Shown: one piece after another, positions 28,349-38,900 of the stretch
How positions within the stretch are numbered: the first letter of the stretch is position 1
Layout of the letters: each line of letters starts with the position of its first letter
NCBI GenBank assembly: GCA_963826225.1
Contig: CAWGWF010000001.1
Span: 462,099 to 526,098 of the forward strand
DNA from: an uncultured Chloroflexia bacterium
GTDB lineage: Bacteria > Chloroflexota > Limnocylindria > Limnocylindrales > CSP1-4
Direction: 5' to 3'
DNA length: 64,000 nt
The notes under the pieces: generated by a model
What the model was told of the DNA's origin: nothing
Database searches by the model: none
What the model saw: only the letters and a program-made list of their open reading frames with translations
Translations under genes and position numbers: made by a program

Positions 28349-28678
28349 TCAGCGCGGCGAGAGGTTGATGCTCGTGATCTTCCCGGCCTCGACGCGGAAC
28401 TGGGCGTCGAGATGCTGGCTGGGGGCTCCGGGCCGCACGACGACGAGGTCCGCCTGGTAGGTGTTGCCGAGGTCACGAACCTCGCCCGGGACCATCTTGA
28501 GGCCCTTGTCCGCCCGCAGGAACCAGCCGCCCACCTGCTCGACGCCGCGCAGCGTTCGCGCGTTGTCGCCCACGTGGATGCGCATCTCGGTCTTCTCGTC
28601 CATCAGCGCGACCGCGCCGTTGACGTCGCCCGCGTTCAGGCGCTCGAAGAAGATCTCCATCGTGTCGGCGGCTCCCAT
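28349..28678 (-). CDS. SnoaL-like / NTF2-fold small protein
   Basis: ATG at 28678 preceded by GGAGGT. EIFFERLNAGDVNGAVALMDE matches SnoaL-like N-terminal helices. Confidence 0.6.
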   Translation of the reverse strand: MGAADTMEIFFERLNAGDVNGAVALMDEKTEMRIHVGDNARTLRGVEQVGGWFLRADKGLKMVPGEVRDLGNTYQADLVVVRPGAPSQHLDAQFRVEAGKITSINLSPR

Positions 28679-28736
28679 GGCCCCGAGTGTACCTCCGGGA
28701 CCCCGCCGACGCGGGATTGGACGCCGCGGCGCCCCG

Positions 28737-30245
28737 TCAGAAGCCGCCGCCCGCGCCGCCGCCCCCGCCGCCCGAGCCGCCCCCGCCGAAGCCACCGCCA
28801 CCACCGCCGGACCCCGAGGATGACGGCGAGTTGCCGATCACGCTCAGCGCCGCCATCATGCCGCCGAAGTTCGGGATCGGCGACGAGCTCATGACGCCCG
28901 GCGCCCACCCCCCGCCGCCGCCGGCCGCGCCGCCCCCACCGCCGGCACCGTGGTACCACAGCGGGAGGTAGCCGGCCGCTCCGCCGGTCCCGAGGTCCTC
29001 CGCGGTGCGCTCCAGGACCCGCTCGACCTCCTCCTGCAGCCCCAGCGCGACGCCCCACACGACGGCGTCGTCCGGGCTCTCGATGAGCGGGATCGCCGAC
29101 GCGGTCACGACCTCGCCCATCGTGCGCGCCTGGGCCATCGTCTTGTCCAGCGTCCGCCGGTAGGCCTCGAGCATCGCCCGGATCATCGCGCCGGGCATCG
29201 TGCGGGCGGGCATGCTGCGGGCGAGGATCAGCAGCGCGACGCCCGCGACCCCCAGGCCCACGGCGACGACCACGAGCCCGTCGGAGGGCAGGTTGAACCC
29301 GACGGACCCAGTGATGACGCCGGCCACGATGGCGCCGAAGCCGCCGGCGACCCAGCGCCGCGTGACCCGCCCAGGCGGCTCGCGGAACCAGCCCTGCGCG
29401 ACCACGTGCGCCTCCAGCTTCTGGTCGAACGCGGACACGTGCTTGCCCAGCTCCAGCATCTGGTCGGGCTCGATGTAGCCGCCGGAGGCGATCTCGTCGA
29501 AGCGGTCGCGGAGGAAGGCGGTGGCCGTGTCCATGGGACGGCGGCGCGCCCGCTCCAGCCGGCCGGCCTCCACCGGGTCGGCAGCGGTCGTCCATCCCAC
29601 GTGAACGCCGACCTTGGGCTTCGAGGACAGGAAGCCGCCCTCCTCGGCCTGGAAGTCGATCAGGCCGCGCGCGGCGAGGTCCAGGCTCGCCGCGGTCAGG
29701 GCGCGCCGGGTCGCCCGGCCGTCGCGCACGACCGCGCCGGCCGCCGGGGTCAGGCCGGCCGGCGGCGCCGGGATGTGGATGGACGGGTCGTCGAGGTAGA
29801 CCGGGTCGCGTCCGTACTGGAGCCAGCGCAGGACGCCCCACCCGATCAGGCCCAGGGCGAGCAGCGGTGCCACCAGCAGACCCAGGATCGCGTTCAGGAT
29901 GCGGAAGAAGTTGAGCTCGGCGGCGTGCTCCGCCGTCGCGGCCGCGTCGACCTTCGCCAGCGCGGCGAGGACCGCCCCGTCCAGGTCGCATTCGCTCAGG
30001 CGCGGGAGCATGTCGTTCTCGTAGACGGCCTGGCGCTCGCCGTTGGTCAGGAACTTGGCCCGGTACCCGGGGCCGGCGTAGAGCTGCACCTGGCCGTGGC
30101 AGGGATCGTTCTCGTGGAGGTCGAACAGGATCACCAGGCCGTCGTCGAAGCCCCTCCGGCCCACGCCCCACTGGTCCATCAGCGCCTGCGCGTGCGCATC
30201 CGCCTCCGCCGTCGTGACGCCGTAGGGCACGAGCTGCGTGTACAC
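28737..30245 (-). CDS. TPM-domain membrane protein with Gly-rich C-terminal tail (Rv2345/DUF2207-like); N-terminus lies in another frame (apparent frameshift)
   Basis: The intact frame begins mid-TPM domain (TGAEVVVYTQLVPYG...WGVGRRGFDDGLVILFDLHEND), followed by TM helices and GGGGGFGGGGSGGGGGG. The signal peptide and first half of the TPM domain are encoded upstream (30246..30468) in the -1 frame. Confidence 0.6.
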   Translation of the reverse strand: MYTQLVPYGVTTAEADAHAQALMDQWGVGRRGFDDGLVILFDLHENDPCHGQVQLYAGPGYRAKFLTNGERQAVYENDMLPRLSECDLDGAVLAALAKVDAAATAEHAAELNFFRILNAILGLLVAPLLALGLIGWGVLRWLQYGRDPVYLDDPSIHIPAPPAGLTPAAGAVVRDGRATRRALTAASLDLAARGLIDFQAEEGGFLSSKPKVGVHVGWTTAADPVEAGRLERARRRPMDTATAFLRDRFDEIASGGYIEPDQMLELGKHVSAFDQKLEAHVVAQGWFREPPGRVTRRWVAGGFGAIVAGVITGSVGFNLPSDGLVVVAVGLGVAGVALLILARSMPARTMPGAMIRAMLEAYRRTLDKTMAQARTMGEVVTASAIPLIESPDDAVVWGVALGLQEEVERVLERTAEDLGTGGAAGYLPLWYHGAGGGGGAAGGGGGWAPGVMSSSPIPNFGGMMAALSVIGNSPSSSGSGGGGGGFGGGGSGGGGGGAGGGF

Positions 30246-30560
30246 GACGACCTCGGCGCCGGTCCGCGCCTCGATGGCGTCGATGGTGGCCTCGGCGCCC
30301 GCGATGGTGGTCGCGGCGGAGGACCTCGGCGGTGTCGTAGACGGCCCGGTCCTGGACGGGCGGCGGGAATGGGGGGCCGGCGGCCAGGGCGGTGGACGCG
30401 GCCGCGAGCGCGAGCAGGAGGGCGGCGATCGGGGTGAGCGGGGCGATCGGTGTCAGGCGGGTTCGCACCCGCCAACGATACGCGCGCGGCCTGCCTGCGG
30501 CGCCGTTCACGCGTGGCCTGCCACCAGCGCCGTTCACACGTGGCCTGCCACCAGCGCCGT

Positions 30561-31868
30561 TCACGCGCGGCCCCGTGGCCGGCCCAGGCGCAGCGCCCCG
30601 TCCGGCTCCAGGAGGACCTGTGGAGGGCGCGGCCGGCCGTTGTAGGTCATCGCCATCGATGCGGCGTAGGCACCGGCGTCCGCGATCGCGACCAGGTCGC
30701 CGCGCCGCATCACGGGCAGCTCGTGGTGCTCGAAGGTGTCCGTGGACTCGCACACGGGTCCATCCACGCGGGTGGGGCCGAGGTCCGGGCCCGAGGCCCG
30801 CGCACCGGCCGGTGGCAGGTCCAGCGGGCGGCCGAGGCTGGTGAGCGCCAGGACCCGGTGGCGAGCACCGTACAGGGCGGGGCGGATCAGCTCCGTCATG
30901 CCCGCGTCCAGCACGACGAGCCGTTCGCCACCCGTCCGCTCCCGCACGTGGAGCACGGATGCGAGGAGCCAGCCCGCCCGCGCCACCAGGAACCGGCCCG
31001 GCTCCACGGCCAGGCGCGCGGGCCGGCGGTCCGGGGGGATCCCCTCCAGCAGGCTCGGCAGCTCCTGGGCGAAGCGGGCGGGAGAGGGAACGGTCCCGGG
31101 ATCGCCCACCGGGAAGCCGCCGCCCACGTCGAGCGTGTCGAACGCGCCGCGCCCGTCGCCGGCACCCAGCAGCGCGAGCACGGCCAGCGCCCGCCGGACG
31201 GCGTCCCGCCACGCGTCCACGGCGCCCAGCGACGAACCGACGTGCAGGTGGATCCCGCGCGCCCGGACCGACCCGCCGGCGGGCAGCGAGGCGGCCGCGG
31301 CGCTCAGCTCCGTCTCGGTCATGCCGAACTTGGATGAGCCCCGGCCGACGGCCAGGCCCGCGTGCGTCTCCGGGTGCACGTCCGGGTTGAGCCGGAGCAG
31401 CACGTCCAGCGGCGGGCGACCGCCGCGCCCCAGGCCGGCGTCTCCGGCCAGCGCGACCAGCGCCGCCAGCTCGTCTGCGCTCTCCACCGCCACCCAGCGC
31501 AGGGGATGGCCGGCGGCGGCCGCCCGCACCGCCGCCCGGAGGTCCGCCGGCGTCTTGCCGATCCCCTCCAGGGTGATCCGGTCGTCCGGGATGCCGGCCC
31601 GGCGCGCGGCGGCCCACTCCCCTCCGGAGACGACGTTGGCGTCCAGGCCCAGCGCGCCCAGGCGCGCGACGATCGCCGGCACGTCGTTCGCCTTGAGCGA
31701 GAAGGCGCGGAGCCAGGGGTTCGGGAAGGCCGCCGCGAGCTCCGCAGCGGCGGCCTCGAGGGCCGCCACGGACGTGACGTAGGCGGGCGTGCCGAACCGG
31801 CGGGCGGCCGCGCGGAGGGAGGTGGCAACCGATCCGTCGCCGACCCGGACGGGAGCCACGACCGTCAC
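30561..31868 (-). CDS. lysA: diaminopimelate decarboxylase
   Basis: PLP fold-III decarboxylase motifs (FSLKANDVPAIV, HLHVGSS, GGGFPV, the CESTD-like VCESTDTF). Confidence 0.9.
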   Translation of the reverse strand: MTVVAPVRVGDGSVATSLRAAARRFGTPAYVTSVAALEAAAAELAAAFPNPWLRAFSLKANDVPAIVARLGALGLDANVVSGGEWAAARRAGIPDDRITLEGIGKTPADLRAAVRAAAAGHPLRWVAVESADELAALVALAGDAGLGRGGRPPLDVLLRLNPDVHPETHAGLAVGRGSSKFGMTETELSAAAASLPAGGSVRARGIHLHVGSSLGAVDAWRDAVRRALAVLALLGAGDGRGAFDTLDVGGGFPVGDPGTVPSPARFAQELPSLLEGIPPDRRPARLAVEPGRFLVARAGWLLASVLHVRERTGGERLVVLDAGMTELIRPALYGARHRVLALTSLGRPLDLPPAGARASGPDLGPTRVDGPVCESTDTFEHHELPVMRRGDLVAIADAGAYAASMAMTYNGRPRPPQVLLEPDGALRLGRPRGRA

Positions 31869-31892
31869 CGCCCTGTTGCCCCGCCGACCGCG

Positions 31893-32288
31893 CTAGTCGT
31901 GGACGACGAGCCCGATGACCGTGGAGATGAGGCTGAGCGCGACGGACGCGATGAGCGCGCCGACGACCGCATCGATCGAGAAGTCCGCGGTCGGCCAGCC
32001 GCCGACCGTGAGGTTGATCTGGGCGAAGCCCTGGGCGGCCCAGGCGATGGCCAGCATCAGGGCGGTGTTGATGACCAGCCCGAACAGGCCCAGGGTCATC
32101 ATGTTGATCGGGAACGACAGCAGCTTGATGACGGGCTTGATCACGGCGTTCACCACGCCCACGCCGATCGAGAGCAGGGCCAGCTGGAGCGGCTCCCCGG
32201 TGAACTCGATCCAGGTGTCCGGCAGGACGTTGACGAGGATCGCGAACGCGATCGCCGTGACCGCGACCGCGATGACGAGTCCCTTCAC
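31893..32288 (-). CDS. small membrane protein, phage-holin-4 / DUF360-like
   Basis: GTG at 32288 overlaps the upstream stop. Four TM helices (LVIAVAVTAIAFAILV...). The upstream part of the track ORF is junk. Confidence 0.55.
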   Translation of the reverse strand: MKGLVIAVAVTAIAFAILVNVLPDTWIEFTGEPLQLALLSIGVGVVNAVIKPVIKLLSFPINMMTLGLFGLVINTALMLAIAWAAQGFAQINLTVGGWPTADFSIDAVVGALIASVALSLISTVIGLVVHD

Positions 32289-33949
32289 GACAGCTCCTCC
32301 GAGCGATGGACGACGGCCCCACCGAGGACGGTGAGCCGGACGCCGGTGCCGATGATCGCAGATGGCCCGGCGGTGAGCAGGTCGCGATCCAGCAGGACCA
32401 GGTCCGCGTCCATGCCGACCCCGATCCGCCCGCGCCGGTGCTCCGCGAAGGCCGCGAACGCGGATCCGGCGGTGTACGCCTCCAGCGCGGCCGCGACGGT
32501 CAGCCGCTCCCCGGGCAGCCAGCCGCCGACCGGCTCGCCGTCCGCGGTCTGGCGGTTGACCGCGTTGTTGAGCGCGAGGAAGGGGTCGTACGGGACCACC
32601 GGCCAGTCCGAGCCGAAGGCAAGGCGCCCGCCGGCCTCCCGGATGGAGCGCCAGGCCCACGCCCGGCTCGCGCGTTCCGGGCCGATGTTGCCGGCCCACA
32701 CGTCGATCTGGTTGGGCGACGGGTCGCCGTGGTACGGCTGCATGGAGGCGACGACCCCGAGCCGGGCGAAGCGCCCGATGTCCGCGGGATCGATGGTCTC
32801 GACGTGCTCCACTCGATGGCGCCGTGCGTGCGTGCCGGGGGCGACGCCCCGACCGTGCGGGTCGCCGGCCCACGGCCCGTTGGCGGCCGCGGCGTGCTCG
32901 AAGGCGTCCAGCGCCATCCGCACGCCCCGATCACCGATCGCGTGCAGCTCGATCTGCCAGCCGCGGCGGTCTGCCTCCTCGACGAACACGCCCAGCTCGG
33001 CGGGCGCCCAGGCCGGCAGGCCGCTCGTGGCGTCGCCCTCGTAGGGCGCCAGCATCGCGGCCGTCCGGGCCTCGATCACGCCGTCCACGAAACCCTTGAT
33101 GATCCCCGAGCCCAGCGGGTCGCCGCCCCGCAGCCCGAATGCCGCGTCCGCGTAGGCGTCCAGCCGGTCCTGCCACTCGGCGAGCGTCTGCCCGGGCTCC
33201 ATCACCATCGCCGTCCGGAGGCGCAGGCGGAGGTCGCCGGCGTCCCGGACGCGCTTCCAGAAGGCGAGCTCCGGCAGCTCCGTCCAGGCGTCCTGGGCGG
33301 CCGTCAGCCCCTTGGCGTGCAGGCCGGTGATCGCGGCGCGGGCGGCGGCCCGGTCCTCGGCCTCCGTGGGCTCGGGGAGGTGTCGTTCCACGAGGAGCTG
33401 GGCGTCCTCCTTGAGCACGCCGGTGGGCTCCCCATCCACGTCGCGGACGATCACGCCGTTGGGCGGGTCGGGCGTGGTGCGGTCGATGCCGGCGATCCGC
33501 AGCGCCGCGGAGTTCACCCATCCGGTGTGGCCGTCGTAGCAGCCCAGGTAGGCGGGACGGTCCGGCACGACCTCGTCCAGCAGGCGGCGGTGCGGCAGGC
33601 CGCCCGGGAACGGCGCGTACAGCCAGCCGCGGCCTCGGACCCAGGGAGCGTCCGGGTTGGCGGTCGCGTGCCGGTGCACCGCGTCGAGCACCGCGTTGAC
33701 AGTCTGGAGCGGATAGAGCTCCGCGTGCTCGAGCGAGCGGGCCCCGCCCCGGAGGTGGACGTGGGCGTCGTCGAAGCCGGGCATCAGCAGGCCGCCGCGG
33801 GCGTCGTGGACCTCCGTCCCGGCGCCGCGGCCGGCGAGAACGTCCCCGTCGCTGCCCACGGTCGCGATCCGGCCGCCGCTCACGGCGACGGCAGAGGCGC
33901 CCTCGACGCCGAGGACGCGGGCATTGACGATCAGCAGGTCATCGCTCAT
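32285..33949 (-). CDS. amidohydrolase-family metal-dependent hydrolase (YtcJ-like, amidohydro_3)
   Basis: GFDDAHVHL metal-binding motif near the N-terminus, HAIGD, and C-terminal GSDWPV. Confidence 0.8.
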   Translation of the reverse strand: MSDDLLIVNARVLGVEGASAVAVSGGRIATVGSDGDVLAGRGAGTEVHDARGGLLMPGFDDAHVHLRGGARSLEHAELYPLQTVNAVLDAVHRHATANPDAPWVRGRGWLYAPFPGGLPHRRLLDEVVPDRPAYLGCYDGHTGWVNSAALRIAGIDRTTPDPPNGVIVRDVDGEPTGVLKEDAQLLVERHLPEPTEAEDRAAARAAITGLHAKGLTAAQDAWTELPELAFWKRVRDAGDLRLRLRTAMVMEPGQTLAEWQDRLDAYADAAFGLRGGDPLGSGIIKGFVDGVIEARTAAMLAPYEGDATSGLPAWAPAELGVFVEEADRRGWQIELHAIGDRGVRMALDAFEHAAAANGPWAGDPHGRGVAPGTHARRHRVEHVETIDPADIGRFARLGVVASMQPYHGDPSPNQIDVWAGNIGPERASRAWAWRSIREAGGRLAFGSDWPVVPYDPFLALNNAVNRQTADGEPVGGWLPGERLTVAAALEAYTAGSAFAAFAEHRRGRIGVGMDADLVLLDRDLLTAGPSAIIGTGVRLTVLGGAVVHRSEELS

Positions 33950-34128
33950 GAGACAGATCGTAGACGCCGCCCGTCGGTCCCGCTTCACCTCGTTCGCCCC
34001 GGCCGGCCCCGCCGCCTGGCACCCCCTGGTGCCTGGGCGACTGACCCTCCCCGCCGGCGGTCCGTGCCGTCCCAGCGGATAGACTCGGGCCAGCCACCGA
34101 TCCTCCGCCGCCGACCCGGGAGACCGCC

Positions 34129-35889
34129 TTGTCCGCCTTCGACGATCTCGTCGCCCGCTTCCTGGACGAGCTGTTCGAGCTCCAGCCGGACCTGGCCACG
34201 TCCATCGGCGACCACCGCTTCGACGATCGCTGGCCGGACACGAGCGAGACGGGGCGGCTCGAGCGCCTCGCCTTCGTCGACCGCTGGGCGGCCCTGTTCG
34301 AGGGCCTTGCGGCCGAGGCGCTCACGGCGGACGAGCGCGTCGACCGCGATCTCGTGCTGGGCGAGCTGGCGGCGTTCCGCTTCGCCGAGGCGGAGCTTCG
34401 TCAGGATGCCTGGGACCCGCTGGGCTGGGTCTACCTGATCGGGTTCGGCCTGCACCCGCTGCTGGCCCGGGACTTCGCGCCGCTCGCAGTGCGCCTGACG
34501 TCGGTCGCGGGACGCCTGGAGGGGATCCCGAAGGTCATCGACGATGCCCGCGCGGTCCTGGGGAGCCACCCGGTCCGCCCCGTGTCCCGGTTGCACGCGG
34601 AGATCGCAGCGCAGCGCATCGGCGGGGTGGCCGGGCTGGCCCGGGAGGCCGTGGCCCTGGGCGAGGCGGCGGCACCCTCCGATCCGGTCGTGTATGCCCT
34701 CCTGCCCCGCCTTCGTGCGGCCGCGGACCGCGCCGCGGAGGTGCTGGAGGCGATCGGCGAGCACCTCGCGACGGAGGTCGCGCCGAACGCGACCGGCGGC
34801 CCGATCCTGGGCGCCGAGCTGTTCGCCGCCAAGCTCCGCCACACGCTCCGGGACCCGGACGCGACACCGGAGGCGGTCCTCGCCCGGGCCGAGGCCGAGT
34901 ACGCGGCCGTGCGCGCCGAGATGGTCCGGATCGCGCGCGAGATCTGGCCCCGGTGGCGTCCCGGTGAGCCGATGCCGGCGGACGATGGAGCGCTGGTCCG
35001 GGGCACCCTGGACGCGATCACCGCCGAGCATCCGGGTGCGGACGACCTCGTCGCGTTCTGCCGCCGGGAGCTCGAGGGCATCGAGGCCTTCTGCCGGGAT
35101 CGCGGCGTCATCGGCCTCGTGGACGAACCGCTGGAGATCGACTGGACGCCCGAGTTCCTGCGCTCCTACGCGGGCGCCATGCTGGACTCTCCCGGCCCGC
35201 TCGACGCCGGCCAGAAGGCGATCTTCTCCGTCACGCCCGTGCGCCCCGAGTGGGGGCCGGCCGAGGTCGAGTCCTACCTGCGCGAGATGAACGATCGCCA
35301 GCTGCGGGTGCTGACGATCCACGAGGCGGTCCCCGGTCACTACCTCCAGATGGCCTACGCGAACCGGGGCTCGTCGCTCCTGCGCCGGGTGTTCCGGTCC
35401 GGGCTGTTCGCCGAGGGCTGGGCGGTCTACGTGACCCAGGTCATGCTGGACCGCGGGTACGGCGCGGACGACCCGGCGCTGTGGCTCATCCACTGGAAGT
35501 TCTACCTGCGGGCCGTCGTCAACGCGATCATCGACGTCCGGATCCAAACCATGGGCATGACCAGCGAGGAGGCGATCGCGCTGATGGTGGACGGCTCGTT
35601 CCAGGAGCGGTCCGAGGCGGTGGCCAAGGACGAGCGGGCACGCCTGTCGTCCACGCAGCTGGTCACCTACCTCCTGGGCTCGATGGGGATGTGGGACATC
35701 GAGCACGAGGCGCGGCGGCGCGCGGCGGTCGCGGCGGGAGCCTCGCCCGACGCGGTGCCCTCCCCGCGGGTCGTCGGCGGCTACCCGGGCACCCCGGGCT
35801 TCGACGAGCGTGCCCACCTCGAGTCGGTCATCGCCCACGGCGCCCCGCCGATCCCGCTGCTGCGCCGGATCCTGCTCGAGGAGGGCTGA
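34129..35889 (+). CDS. DUF885-family protein (putative HEXXH-type metallo-peptidase-like)
   Basis: 586 aa. IHEAVPGHYLQ motif characteristic of the DUF885 family. Confidence 0.75.
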   Translation: MSAFDDLVARFLDELFELQPDLATSIGDHRFDDRWPDTSETGRLERLAFVDRWAALFEGLAAEALTADERVDRDLVLGELAAFRFAEAELRQDAWDPLGWVYLIGFGLHPLLARDFAPLAVRLTSVAGRLEGIPKVIDDARAVLGSHPVRPVSRLHAEIAAQRIGGVAGLAREAVALGEAAAPSDPVVYALLPRLRAAADRAAEVLEAIGEHLATEVAPNATGGPILGAELFAAKLRHTLRDPDATPEAVLARAEAEYAAVRAEMVRIAREIWPRWRPGEPMPADDGALVRGTLDAITAEHPGADDLVAFCRRELEGIEAFCRDRGVIGLVDEPLEIDWTPEFLRSYAGAMLDSPGPLDAGQKAIFSVTPVRPEWGPAEVESYLREMNDRQLRVLTIHEAVPGHYLQMAYANRGSSLLRRVFRSGLFAEGWAVYVTQVMLDRGYGADDPALWLIHWKFYLRAVVNAIIDVRIQTMGMTSEEAIALMVDGSFQERSEAVAKDERARLSSTQLVTYLLGSMGMWDIEHEARRRAAVAAGASPDAVPSPRVVGGYPGTPGFDERAHLESVIAHGAPPIPLLRRILLEEG

Positions 35890-35937
35890 GGGAAGGGGTC
35901 CGCAGGGTCCAGGCGTGGGGCGCCCGGAACCCGGGAG

Positions 35938-38900
35938 CTACTCCGGGTCGGGACCCGTCCTGCGACCCTTCTTCGCGTCGCGTGGGCCGGTCGGGAGCCC
36001 GGTTGCCGCGGGCAGGCGCGGGGTCTTGGAGCGGGCCTCCTTCGTGGCGCCCGCCGGGGCCCCGGCCCCGAGCGTCTCCCGGAGCCGATCCACGCGGTAG
36101 CCGGATGACTCGGCCGCATCGGCCAGGCGCAGGAGCGTTGCCCGGCGCTCCGCGACCGGCATCGCGCCCGCACCGGCGGGGAGGAGCACCTGCTCCAGGC
36201 GCTCCGTCCAGGCGAGCAGCTCGTCCCACGACTCGCGGTGGAACCACTCTGCGCCCTCCCAGGCGTTGACCCGGATGAACGGCCGGACGGCGGGGTGCGC
36301 CAGCCAGGCGTCCACGAGGCGCGCCGGCAGCGTCGCGGCCTGCCCGCCCAGCGACGACGGCAGCGGCAGGTCCAGCAGCGTGTGCGCCCGCTCCGCCGCC
36401 CACCACGCGGCGCCCTCGTCCAGGCCGCGCCCCCGCAGCGCATCGGCCACGACCGGTGCCAGGCGCAGCTCCTCGTACCAGGCCCGGCTCGTCGGCCCGA
36501 CGGCGGCCCCGGAAGGCAGCGACCCGAGCGGCGACAGCAGCGTCCAGACCCGCAGCGCCGCCGCCTGCGACGGATCCGCGATCCCCGCCACGACGGGCTC
36601 GGCGGCAGCGGCGCGGTCCACCACGGCGTCCGTGACCGCCGCCCGGTCGCCGGCGGTGCCGGTCGCTTCGGCCACCGCGCCCACGAACCGCTCCACGGCG
36701 TCCCGCGATGGCGCCGCGATCACCGCCCGCAGCGCGTCGTGGACCGGAGCCAGCGCCAGCTCCCGCAGGGCGCCCTCCAGCGATGGCACGCCCCGTCCGC
36801 CCAGGCGCTCCGCCAGCCGCCGCCAGACGCCGGCCGTGTCGTGCAGCTCGCGCAGCTCCCACAGCACGCGGGTCTCGTAGGCGCGCAGCGAGAGGTGCAG
36901 CCCGCGCTCGCGGATCTCGCTCACGGCCCGCAGGTGCTCGAGACCGGTCCGCTGCTCCCGGAACGCCAGCCAGCGGTCGTCCGCCGGACCGTCGGCCAGC
37001 CCCAGCCCCTGCGCCAGCGTCCGCCGCTCCTGGCGCTTCGACCCGTCGGCCGCCTTGACCGCGAACGACACGGAGTCCCGGATCCAGCCGGACGTCTCCG
37101 CGTACCGGTTGTGGTACACGACCAGCGACCGCGCCCCACCGCGCCCGTTGGAGTATGCGAACACGTTCTCGTCCACGCCGCCGGCGTCGTGCGCGAAGTC
37201 GTACAGCAGGAAGTCGGCCGCCTCGGCGAAGTCCCCGCGCCGGTGGAGGAGGGGCACGATCTCCCGCTCGTGGCGCTCCACCAGCCACGGGTCCGGCCGC
37301 TCGTCGAGGCTCGCCCGCCGGAACTCCATGCCGTACTTCTCGGCGAAGCCCTCGAACTGCCCGTGCCCGATCATCGGCAGCCCCGGCAGCGTCGCCAGCA
37401 GCGTCGCCACGCCGACGTACTTGTCGCCCTTGCCGAACTGCTCGACGGCGGTCTTCTCGTCGGGGTTGTTCATGAAGTTGACGTAGCGCTTGAGGATCTC
37501 GGGGTCGAACTCCAGGGTGTCCTTGAGCACCCGCCGGTAGCCCGCGTTGTCCTCGTCCCGGAGCATGTGCATGAACGCGCTGTTGTACACGCGGTGCATG
37601 CCCAGGGTGCGGACGAAGTAGCCCTCCAGGAGCCAGAACGCCTCGGCGAGCAGGAGGGTGTCCGGGACCTCCGCGGCGACCCGGTCCACGACCTCGCGCC
37701 AGAACTCGGCGGGCATCGCCGCGTCGAACTGCGCCGCGGTCATCGTCCCGTGCTCCGCGCGCGAGGGGATCGCGCCGCCGCCCTCGCCGGGGCCCGGGAA
37801 CCACAGCCGCCGGACGTGCTTCTTCGCGAGCACCATCGCCGCATCGAACCGGATGACCGGGAAGCGGCGCGCCACGGCGAGGATCGCCTGGACCACCTGC
37901 TCCCGCACCACGGCCTGGCTGAAGTCCAGCTGCGCGGTGTCGTTCCAGGGGAAGCTGGTTCCGTCGTTGCCGTGGTAGATGTAGCGCCGGTCGCCGCTCC
38001 AGCGATCCCGGTGCTCGAACACCACGGCCGCGTCGCTGTTGTCCCAGTAGTGGTCCTCCAGGCGGATCTCCACCCGGTCGTGCTCGGCCAGGTTCTCGCC
38101 GCCGAAGGTGTAGGCAGGGTAGGGGGGCTCCGGCAGCGACAGGAACCACTCCGGGTGGTCGATGACCCAGTGGGAATCGATGCCCATGTGGTTGGGCACC
38201 ATGTCCGACGCCAGGCGGATGCCGCGAGCCCACGCCCGGTGGCGCAGGTTCGCCCATGCGTCCTCGCCGCCCAGGTCGTCCGCGATCCGATAGTCGTCCA
38301 GCGAGTACGCGGACGCCGCCGCATCCGGGTTGCCGCGCCAGGCCTTGATCCGCTGCGAGGCCTTCGAGCGCTGCCACAGCCCGATCAGCCACAGGCCGGT
38401 GACGCCCCACCGGGCCAGCCGGTCCAGCTCCTCGTCAGGGATCGCGTCCAGGGTGCGGATGGCGCGCCCGTACGTTCGCGACAGCTGGTCCAGCCACACG
38501 TGCGTGCTCTTGGCGATGAGCACCAGGCGCGGCATCCACGCGGAGTCGCTCGAGAACCGCTCCGGCTCCGCGTCCAGGCCGGTGAGGTCCGGTGCCTCGC
38601 CGTGCCCCGCCGCATCGCCGGCACCGCCGCCGCCGAACCGCAGGTGGAGCCCGCGCTCCTCCTCCGCCATGACGTCCAGCGTCAGCAGCATCCGGTCCAG
38701 CAGCGCGTCCAGCGCCTCGCCCAGGAGCCCGCGCCAGCGCTCGCGCACGTAGCGCAGCTGTCCGGCGAGCGAGGTCGGGTGGGCGCGGGCCGGGGCACGC
38801 AGGAGCTCGATCAGCGTCTCCCCGTCCGGGCCGATCGGGGCCTGGGCGGCGTGGTAGGCGTCGAGGCTTGCCATCGCCGCGTCGCGCTCCTCGCCGGGGA

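Noticed and set aside
28636-32322. 1228-aa ORF on the minus strand spanning lysA and the TPM and holin-like genes
   Set aside because: Extreme R/G/A/P composition with no domain logic. It runs in an alternate frame across three well-supported genes, which is a typical high-GC stop-codon-poor artefact. Only its short 30246..30468 stretch, which carries the frameshifted N-terminus of the TPM protein, appears real.
35828-38410. 860-aa ORF co-directional with the GH13 gene in another frame
   Set aside because: RG-rich with no motifs. The neighbouring frame carries all four GH13 conserved regions.
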